Under the pieces are notes generated by a model. That model had not been told where the DNA came from, did not search any database, and saw only the letters and a list, made by a program, of their open reading frames with translations. Of a stretch of DNA of 32,000 bases, positions 23,326 to 32,000 are shown in pieces. Where the stretch lies: NCBI RefSeq assembly GCF_000400465.1, contig NW_008806283.1, positions 180,001 to 212,000 of the forward strand, written 5' to 3'. Source of the DNA: Wallemia ichthyophaga EXF-994. Taxonomy: Eukaryota > Fungi > Basidiomycota. Both the position numbers and the translations under genes were made by a program. Position 1 is the first letter of the stretch; every line of letters starts with the position of its first letter.

Positions 23326-24707
23326 TCATTGTTCACGCGCTAATGGATTTACAAGCATTTCACCGAATTTTATTAAACTGGATGTACCACGTGGTTCGTT
23401 CAGAAGGAGTGGAATCTTTGGAAAGTCAATTAGTGCTGATTGCGTAAAAATACGCTTACTTTAACAATGTGGAAGTCTTCTCCATATCTAATACACTCAT
23501 CAGCATTTGACGTTACACTCATCAAACACTCACAAGTCATCAGCTTCTGCAAGATATTTCTTTTGGGTGCCATCTCTTGCTAGACATCTATCGCAATTTG
23601 ATCGAGAGTTACCTTGATCGTCTTGTGGTAGCAAGAGGAGGTTGTTTATAACTATGTTGCTGGTATCTATGCCACTGATTGAGTGTTAGTAGCTTCAAGC
23701 ATAGTTGAAAGCACTCACTAAGTCGAAAGTTCTTGTATCAGACGCTCAGTTTCGTATATAGACAAGAACTCAGCAATACAGACACAAACAACTGGAGATG
23801 GTGCGATTAGAGTTAGTGAGGCATTAATTACCAATACTACTCACAAGTTGTCAAGTCAGCGTTCTCAGAAATAATCAGCTGTGAACGCGATCATAGCTCA
23901 ACTGACTCACCTTGAATTGGGTGTTGACTTCATCGATGGTAGTGCGCATACTCTCTAATTTAGCAAAAATATCCTCTTGGGCATTAGCTCCCCCTCCCAT
24001 CATACCGGTGAAGTTGTTGATCAGACCACCAAATCGACCAGACAAAGAGCTAATTTTCTCCAAAGCCTTGGACAGAACGGTTGGGAAAGATAAGAAACGT
24101 AAAGTGTGACCAGTAGGAGCAGTATCAAAAACGATACAGCTATATTGTTGAGAATTGACGTATTTCATAATCTCAGCGAATCCCATAGCCTCATCAACAC
24201 CTGGGATAGCGAATGCCAAATCTTGGACAAAGCTGTTCAAGCCATTTGAATCACTGTCTTCATTGCTCTGGACCATTTCAGTTAAGGCTGCAGAAGGATC
24301 GATTTCCATTGCGGATAAGTTGTCGAAACCGTTGACATTAGTTGCCTCTTTTGAGAATTTCTGATTAAAAGCATCTGAAAGGTTGTGTGCGGGGTCTGTT
24401 GACTGTAAATGCGTAAAGGTGCTTAGAAACTTGTTACGTTTGAGTGAAATATATAACTCACTATCAGCAAAACGCTTTCACGGGACTTTGCGAGCTGAAT
24501 AGCTAAAGAGCAAGACGTTGTAGTCTTACCGACACCACCTTTACCACCTAATTCAAAGATATAGACATTCACCGTCCTGATGCAAGTACTAACCACAGAA
24601 GATCCATTTGAGCGTCTAAGCTTGTTTAGTAAAGCGTCTTTAGAAAACTCAAATCTCACTTTGTTATTGACTACATTCTCAAGCGTTGGTGCAAACTCGT
24701 CTGCCAT
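23326..24707 (-). CDS. GET3: Get3/ArsA ATPase for tail-anchored protein targeting (~332 aa, 9 exons)
   Basis: Exons 24707-24660, 24615-24594, 24547-24462, 24402-23911, 23863-23845, 23791-23719, 23674-23534, 23487-23460, 23415-23326. [67 protein letters not shown]. Confidence 0.96.
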
Positions 24708-24737
24708 TTTGATATTGCTGGTCAAGAATCAACTTCC

Positions 24738-26335
24738 ATGTCGCTTGTATTTCAGACTTTGAATTTATTGAGTGTGGAGAGGAACAGTTACGGCGTTAGA
24801 ACGGGCGATTACTTGAGATACAGGTGGGTATGTTTATATGCATGAAATGCCTTGTAACAGCGCATAGGAAACACTGTACTAGAAAGATCAATAAGCTGCG
24901 TAGAAATCTCAAGCTGACGAATGGAAAAGGCAAGAGATTCAATAAATGTACAGCAGAATCCATTCTCAGACAATCTGATATCAGAGTATTGGAATTGCTG
25001 CTCCTCTCTGCCGATAAATATTGGGCTGAGTCTCAAGAGAATAAAGACGCAACGAGCAAATTGAGAAGATCAGATCAATTTGCAAATGTCTTAATTGAGG
25101 CTTCTTCCAAGTTCGGTCTTCACTCCAGTGACACTGTTCAGTTGGAAATATATCACAAATTCATCCAAGGAAGCTACAATTTGAGTAAAAATAAGTTCCA
25201 CGACGCACTCAACTTATTGTCAATCTCTTACGTTTACCTCAAAAACCTTATTAACGCTGCACCTAATGATAAGATTAGGGCTTTGGGTGAAGGGTGGTTA
25301 GATGAGTTATCACCCAAAATTCGTTACTGCTCTTATCAAAGCGGGAACAAATCTACATCACATGAGATTGATAGAATAGCAAACGAGCATTCATCTTCTC
25401 ACTCGTTTGTTCAACTCGAGTACAGCCAAGAAGATAAGCCAACTAAAGTAAAGAACTTGACATGGCGTGGCAAGGAATTACGACTCACATCTGTTGACGT
25501 CGTTGAAGCCATACACAAGTTACAGTCTGTCATTGACAAGAAGTCTGGTAAATCAACCCAATCACTATCAAACTATGACGAAATTCTCAACACTTACACC
25601 AACGCGATAGAGATATCGCCTCAAGGTCTATTGAAGCAGGTCCTCACGTACAAAATGCTCGCTTTGAGATTAGAAAGAGATCTCAAAATCAACAACCAAC
25701 TCGAGTCAAACGAACCTGCAAAAAATAGATCAAAAGTTAAAGTTATCGATGGAATTATCTTCACATTAGAGCAATTACGTAATTTGCACATTGTTGAATC
25801 TGACGACTCGGATTTGAGTGGTTATGTTGAGACTAAAATCAGCTACCATCAAGCACTTAAGAATTACACCCTCGGTTTATCGCACTTGATGGCTCACAGC
25901 TATGGACCTTCTATCAGATTACTGGAGTCTTGCAAGTTCTACAACAGATCAGGATTAGAATTGTTGATGAGCCTTGATGAAAGCACCTTAAACCATTCTG
26001 AAGCATTCGAGCCAGTCGTTGACATCGCTCTAATTGAAGACTTGAATAAGATGGTAGACACAGCTCTGGTTAACTCCAAGAAGGCTTGGTTCGCTCAGCA
26101 GTTCAAGCGTCCACTCTTCTTCGATATTGCCAACACCTACGTTGAACCACCACTTGACTACATACTTGACAAATCTCAATCCAAAGATACAAAACCTTCT
26201 AAAAAGGAAGCTCAGAAACCGCCCACTGGCCACGTCATCTCTAGTGAAGATTCTAAACAAACTCAAGACTCTGCTGAGAAGAATGCCAACAAGACTGCCT
26301 CTTCAGGGTGGTTTGGTAGTTTATGGAAGCGTTGA
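24738..26335 (+). CDS. SRP68: Signal recognition particle subunit SRP68 (~517 aa)
   Basis: Exons 24738-24823 and 24868-26335. ERNSYGVRTGDYLRYRKHCTRKINKLRR, LLSADKYWA, ELSPKIRYCSY, RPLFFDIANTYV, GWFGSLWKR. Confidence 0.92.
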
Positions 26336-28186
26336 TTGTGTTCAAAGTATAAAACATATCTTGAAATTATAGATAGAAATGAATCAAAGGATCTTTGAGT
26401 ACCTGTGTTTTGATTACTGTAGATGCTTTCACCCATGTAGAAGACCTTGTAAGTATCAATAAAGCCAGAAGCCAAAGCACATTTTTGTGTCAGCCGCCCA
26501 AATCGACGTATCTAAGTACGCGATGAACCAAACAACTATATCATTAAGCAACAAGATTTTGTCTCAATGGATCAAGACCAAATGTAGAAATATATGATAA
26601 GTGATGTGCTAACACTTATAATATCTGACAAAATACTTGACAACCTACGAAGCATCCAACTGACAAAATACTAAGACTTGCTTGAGTCATCTCTCACTTA
26701 TTCAATTGAAGTCCAACTAATCATTAATCTGGTTTCCCTCAAGGCGTTTATCAATGATGTCAACAGAGTCGTGTTATCAGAGTGAAAGTGTGATGAATTG
26801 TGTTATACGAGAGTTAAATAATAATAACAATTTAAGTGACAACACCTAAATACATTCAACGTCATCATGTTTCATGACTCCTAATTTTTCTCATTTTACA
26901 GCATTATAGTTGATCCTCGCAGAGCAGCAACAGCTCGAAAACAGTCAAACACTAGCAAACTTCAACAGCCAGTACTATTATAAAGCTAAATAGATCAATG
27001 AAATTACTCTTTTATATCTGATTATACCCTGATTCTTACCACATCACCAAAATAAAGCTCGTCATCTCCAAATCAAGAACGACACGCTCAGTAACGTCTT
27101 CTTCATATTGCTGTAATTACTACAAATATTAATATCATTCTATAGCTGTTGATTTGGCGACTAATTCAAAAGCATCTTTATCGGTATTAGCGCCGTGCAA
27201 TGCTCTGCTCGTCCAGTTATGTGGTATGTCGCAAGGAGAGTTTTGATATTTCGAAATGCAACTTCATACTATCCTGCCTTCTGTGATTTCAACGCAGACT
27301 TGATTGCCTTTTACAAGTCTATTATTCGAAATATCAAAATGCACTTGGTCTATCCAAAACCCCCCGATTCAAAGTTGGATTGAACTCCACTTGTCTTTGC
27401 ATGAATCGATTGTTCAAAGTCGAAGATGATCCAGAATGGTAAAACATTTCCCCTGTAGACACTGTTTGTCGGAAAACGTTAATCGCGTCTAGAAGTGTGA
27501 GCATTTGTAATTTTGGGTTCTTGCGCTCTTCATCAGCAAAAATTGATTGTATCGATCACTTAATCGCGTCAAATCCTCCACTTTTATCCCATAGCGCGCT
27601 AAAGAGTGTTGTCGGATTGTAATTTCCGAGCATCTTATAGGACGCAATTGGAGGCTCAGGGACATAATTGTGGTAAAAAATTTTAGAGCTTATTCAGGGC
27701 TACCTATGAAATTCTTTTATTTGAGATCATTCAAACTCGTAAAATGAGATGGGTGGTGGTAGTCGAGAATCCAACTCAGTGGATATCGAGAGGAGAGTTA
27801 ATCTGGAAACATATTTAGATTGCTGGAGATGCCATGAGATCTATTGTCCTGCTAAACTGTTCAAATTGTTAGTATTATCTCAGCATTCGTCTTCTGACAT
27901 ACTTGGTCAATTGCGGGGTGAACTAAGTTTGTTTCGTTCATTGGAGTGAGGGGCTATTCAATCCTATTAAACATGTTATCATACTCAGTCTAGCCCTTAA
28001 AAACATGCAGACAACAAAGGTAAAATAATTGTGCAAAGTGTTTGAAATGTTAATATAAGATTTTGAATACATTGGAGAAGTTGATACAGAAAGAACATAA
28101 GCGTGAAACGGAAAGCAAGAGTTAAGAATACAAGGGAGCGTATAAACCGAAATGAGATAAGCTCCAAATAAATACCTTTAGTCAGC

Positions 28187-29395
28187 TCATTTTGCTGACT
28201 TGTTTTGCTGTTGAGCTAACACACTCAAGAATTTGGCTTGACATTCCGTACTGCTAACGCCACAGGTAGCTTTAGCGGTGAGCTGAGAACACAAGTCGTC
28301 GAGATCGAAAGTCTGCTCGGGGATGTCCTTTCCAAGATCCTTCCACGTCCTTCTCACAACGGCATCGACGGGTTCATTGTTTTCGTTGGCAATCATCTCT
28401 ACCATCCTCTTAATCTCTTGGATAAGGTATGGGCTTATCTTGGACACATCCTCGTGGTGGGATTGAACGATACCCATTTGCTCCATCTTGGACTTGACCT
28501 GTGGACATTTGAGTCTCTCCTCTGGATCAGAAAGAGCTTGAGCAAGTTCAAGGATGGTAGGTGGAGGGCCGATAATGGATTCAGATGGGGGCTTTTTGTT
28601 AGCAGACAAAGATGCGGAGGCGGAGGGAGACGGTATAGAAGGGTTCGATTGGTTTTGGTCGAACATGAAGTCATTCTGGAGACCGAAGTCGTTGAGGAAG
28701 TCATCAAGTACGCCTGCGCCAGTGTTATTAAGATTAGAAGAATTATCCCTGTATTCAGCAGCGCTATTCAGGTTTGGAAGAGGGGAAGGAGATTTGTGGA
28801 AAGACCTAGAGTTTGAGTTGGATTGAGGTGGAGGGAATTGGAAAGTGAATGCCGAGTGTTTAAGAGTCATGTTCTCCTGTTGAAGTCTACTGAGGAGGTC
28901 TTTGAGGTTGGTGTTCTCTTCAGCCTGTGCAGCGACCTTGTCCTCAAGGACCTTAACGTGCTTCTCTTTTCTCTCTCTAAAAGCACGCTGAGCAGCTCTA
29001 TTCTGTTCCTTACGCTTACTGGTGCTGTTAGGTTTTGAATTGCGAGTAAGTTCACTGGAAGAGTCAGAAGAGCGTCTGTTGTTTGTGCTCTTGGAGGTGT
29101 GCTGTTCATTATCAAGTAGCTCATCACTCGCCTTACGCTTATCGCTGTCTTTATCTTTATCCTGAGTTTGGCTGTGTGAAGATTCAGGACTAGAAGTGTC
29201 GTTGTTTGTTAAGGGAGGAGTTGGATTCTCGTTGTATTCGGATTTAAAGTCAGGGAATTGGCTTGTGGCTACCAAATTGGGTAAGTCTGTCAAATGATTT
29301 GGATTAATTCCAGAATCAAATAATTTGTTGTGGCCATTGTTATTCCCATAATTCCCAACTTGCTGCTTAAGCATTTCTAAGAAATCTAAATCCAT
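28187..29395 (-). CDS. YAP1: Yap1/Pap1-like AP-1 bZIP transcription factor (402 aa)
   Basis: Basic region KRKEQNRAAQRAFRERKEKH plus zipper; C-terminal cysteine-rich domain FDLDDLCSQLTAKATC. Confidence 0.9.
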   Translation of the reverse strand: MDLDFLEMLKQQVGNYGNNNGHNKLFDSGINPNHLTDLPNLVATSQFPDFKSEYNENPTPPLTNNDTSSPESSHSQTQDKDKDSDKRKASDELLDNEQHTSKSTNNRRSSDSSSELTRNSKPNSTSKRKEQNRAAQRAFRERKEKHVKVLEDKVAAQAEENTNLKDLLSRLQQENMTLKHSAFTFQFPPPQSNSNSRSFHKSPSPLPNLNSAAEYRDNSSNLNNTGAGVLDDFLNDFGLQNDFMFDQNQSNPSIPSPSASASLSANKKPPSESIIGPPPTILELAQALSDPEERLKCPQVKSKMEQMGIVQSHHEDVSKISPYLIQEIKRMVEMIANENNEPVDAVVRRTWKDLGKDIPEQTFDLDDLCSQLTAKATCGVSSTECQAKFLSVLAQQQNKSAK

Positions 29396-29865
29396 TTGTC
29401 CTTATTGCTGGTCGTGGGATGAACAGGGCAACGTGTGAGTTGAGATAGCTGGTAGATCAACGGGAATATTTTTTATTTTAATTTTAAAAAGAGGGAATTG
29501 GTGTTTGGTTGGTTGTACATCTCTCATATTCATTATCGACGCACTTAAGTTTACTGGGTACCTCCACCCAGCTTTGTAAGCAACTGAATTTTGGGTTTTC
29601 GGGCCTTATTTTAGTATGTGTGAATTTCTGGTAGCTGAATTAGTATATTTATGTGGTCAAATGACTTTAAATCAACTTATTTCAGGTAACATCCCTAGAC
29701 AAAATTACATCACAGCTTTGATATTTGATAGTGGATTGAATTCATTTTGAATATACACGCATACACGCTTATTCTACATACAATTCAATTTAATAATCTC
29801 TTCTACTCTTCTTTTCACTTCTCTTCTTCTTCTGCGCTCAGACGCTGTCACTTTAAGTCACATCC

Positions 29866-30895
29866 ATGGAAATATCGTTAGTTGCGGGTATTCAACACTC
29901 ACTCACAATTCACAATCTTCAGATCTTGCTTACAAGGTGGCTATCATAAGCCATTATCCCGGCAGTGGCAGAATCAGGGCAAGTCACTCGACAAATCCAT
30001 GTTCATGTACCCAATTTTCATCACGGATGATCCACAAGCAAGTGATGAGATTACTTCTCTCCCCAATCAGCGTAGATGGGGTGTCAACAGGCTCGAAGAG
30101 TTTCTACGCCCTTTGATTAGCAAAGGACTCAGCAGCGTTATTCTATTTGGTGTTCCTTTCAACATGAACAAGGATGGCAGGGGAAGTGCAGCAGATGATC
30201 CCAACACTCCCGTCATACAAGCCATCCACACTCTCAAACGTCTCTTTCCAGACTTATACATAGCTTGCGATGTCTGTTTGTGTGAGTACACAGACCACGG
30301 CCACTGCGGACTGCTGCGTGAAGATGGCACTCTCTTCTCTCACGAGTCTGCTCAGCGTATTGGCGAGGTGGCGCTAGCATATGCTCGAGCAGGCGCTGAC
30401 TGCGTCGCCCCTTCTGACATGATGGATGGGCGTATATCACAAATCAAGCGTCGTCTCATAGACTCTGGTTATGGTAACAGAGTGATGCTAATGTCCTACT
30501 CTGCAAAGTTCTCCACTTCTCTCTACGGTCCATTCAGAGAAGCTGCAGGATCAGCTCCTTCATTCGGTGATAGGAAATGCTACCAATTACCCCCACACGG
30601 TAGAGGTTTAGCAAGACGTGCTGTTCAACGTGACTTAAACGAGGGCGCCGATTGCGTCATGGTTAAACCATCTCTCCCTTACCTCGATGTGATATCAGAT
30701 ACTGCTCAGCTCGCTCGTGATTACCCAGTCGCGTGTTATGTTGTCTCGGGTGAGTTTGCAATGATGCACGCCGGTGCTAAGGCGGGTATATACGATTTAA
30801 AAAAGATAGCCTTTGAAACGCATGAGAGTTTTCTGCGCGCAGGTGCTAACATATTCCTCACATACTTTACACCGGAGTTTCTCGAGTGGTTGTAG
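29866..30895 (+). CDS. HEM2: Delta-aminolevulinate dehydratase / porphobilinogen synthase (~327 aa)
   Basis: Exons 29866-29876 and 29923-30895. Zn-binding CDVCLCEYTDHGHC, APSDMMDGR, MSYSAKF...YGPFREAA, MVKP, VSGEFAM. Confidence 0.97.
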
Positions 30896-30933
30896 TAGTT
30901 TACAATATAAGATACAAGACAAAGACATATAAA

Positions 30934-31685
30934 TTAAATTCGTTGATTCTGCGTTGGACGCGTGTCTATGTCAGTAGTTTCCAAGCTATCAACATCTTCT
31001 AGACTGCGCTTGGATTGAGAAAACAAGTTGGAATTTGGCTGATTTGCCATGGCCAGAGAGGCCTTGTAGATGGATTCAAATTCCTGCGCAAGATCAGTAT
31101 TAAGGTGTTCAAATGAGCTGCAACGCACCTTCAACTGTGATTGGAAACCGAGGTTAGGTGAAATGCAGTATCTCTTGTTCTGCACGTAATGAGTTGCTTC
31201 TTCGAAAGACAACTGAGCAGCTTCCATGACATACATAATCGTAATGGCAGGGCCTCTGCTAATACCGCCATTACAAACAATAAGAACTTTACCGTTCAAT
31301 TCCAATGCGTTGTAGATAAAGGAGCGTGCTTGTGGGTAGATTCTGATTAGATTCTGCTCCTCACTATCACGGACATCCAAGACCAGATATTTGAACTGAT
31401 CTGGGAACCTCGGTCGAACGAAAACAGCCTCAGCCTCACCACGAATGCAGATGATGTGGGTGATGTTGGTGGATCTGAGGTATTCTGTATCTTTGCTGCA
31501 TTGATATGGTCCTAATATTAAGCCTGGGATTATTTCCTGGCATTCTCTTCTCATTTCGTAGCTGTATGTGGTCTTAGTGGTGTTTGTTTGTTCGTTAATG
31601 GATGCACTCACCGCCAGTCAGTGACGCCATCAAACAGATAAGCGTTTGGTGCGCTGGTTGCGCTCGATGGCTTATCAATGTCCAT
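30934..31685 (-). CDS. STYX-like dual-specificity phosphatase-fold protein (~218 aa)
   Basis: Exons 31685-31612, 31561-31129, 31083-30934. [22 protein letters not shown] matches the STYX N-terminus; active-site loop VCNGGISR; [11 protein letters not shown]. Confidence 0.85.
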
Positions 31686-31724
31686 GTATTTGATGCTGGT
31701 GGTTACTCTCCAACGCCCACTCTA

Positions 31725-32000
31725 ATGGCTCAGCTCGACGATGAAATTCCACAGCTAATTACTCACGATAAGCGCGTACCCTTGACCATTCTCACTGGAT
31801 ACCTCGGTGCGGGTAAATCCACGCTTATCAAACACATTCTCACTCAACAACATGGCCACAGAATTGCCGTTATTGTGAATGAATTCGGTGATACTGCTGA
31901 TATTGAGCGTGGGTTGGTCTACTCGCGCTATTCCTTCCTTCTCACTCTACTGTTCGCTTCCAGGCCGTTCCGTATCCGTCGACGACGAAGAACAGCTCCT
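31725..32000 (+). CDS. ZNG1: COG0523/CobW-family zinc-chaperone GTPase, ZNG1-like (5' part only, runs off the window)
   Basis: Exon 31725-31908, intron 31909-31963, exon from 31964. [39 protein letters not shown]. Confidence 0.88.
   Translation, partial: MAQLDDEIPQLITHDKRVPLTILTGYLGAGKSTLIKHILTQQHGHRIAVIVNEFGDTADIERGLVYSRYSFLLTLLFASRPFRIRRRRRTAP

Noticed and set aside
2837-31611. Most short ORFs in the supplied track (e.g. 2837-3079, 4277-4630, 5594-5947, 7018-7335, 13499-13876, 28238-28816, 30067-30330)
   Set aside because: Antisense or off-frame shadows of well-supported genes, with no family motifs.
1-32000. tRNA, rRNA, CRISPR arrays, transposase or retroelement ORFs, telomeric repeats
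   Set aside because: None recognised by eye on either strand; small ncRNAs cannot be excluded without Infernal/tRNAscan.

Overview
Eukaryotic, very compact, intron-containing fungal DNA. Introns are uniformly 44-60 nt and many intergenic gaps are under 100 bp; this is most consistent with a small basidiomycete genome such as Wallemia (inference). Manual splicing supports 16 protein-coding genes, in order: exportin-4-like karyopherin, CENP-L/Fta1-like kinetochore protein, GH5 exo-beta-1,3-glucanase, LST8, Rds1-type ferritin-like gene copy A, PSP1-domain protein, DIP2/UTP12, PET100, GYP5-like TBC RabGAP, PSR1-like phosphatase, ferritin-like gene copy B, GET3, SRP68, YAP1-like bZIP, HEM2, a STYX-like phosphatase, plus the 5' end of a ZNG1/CobW GTPase and one doubtful 75-aa ORF. 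The standout structure is a 1.2-kb, ~99.4% identical inverted repeat formed by the two ferritin-like genes. Their proteins and introns are identical, but their promoters are heavily diverged apart from conserved footprints. The pair brackets an 8.9-kb five-gene segment that could invert. Also notable: a >2-kb ORF-free AT-rich block at the left end (candidate centromere) and four head-to-head gene pairs whose start codons are only 30-49 bp apart. All coordinates and counts were obtained by hand.
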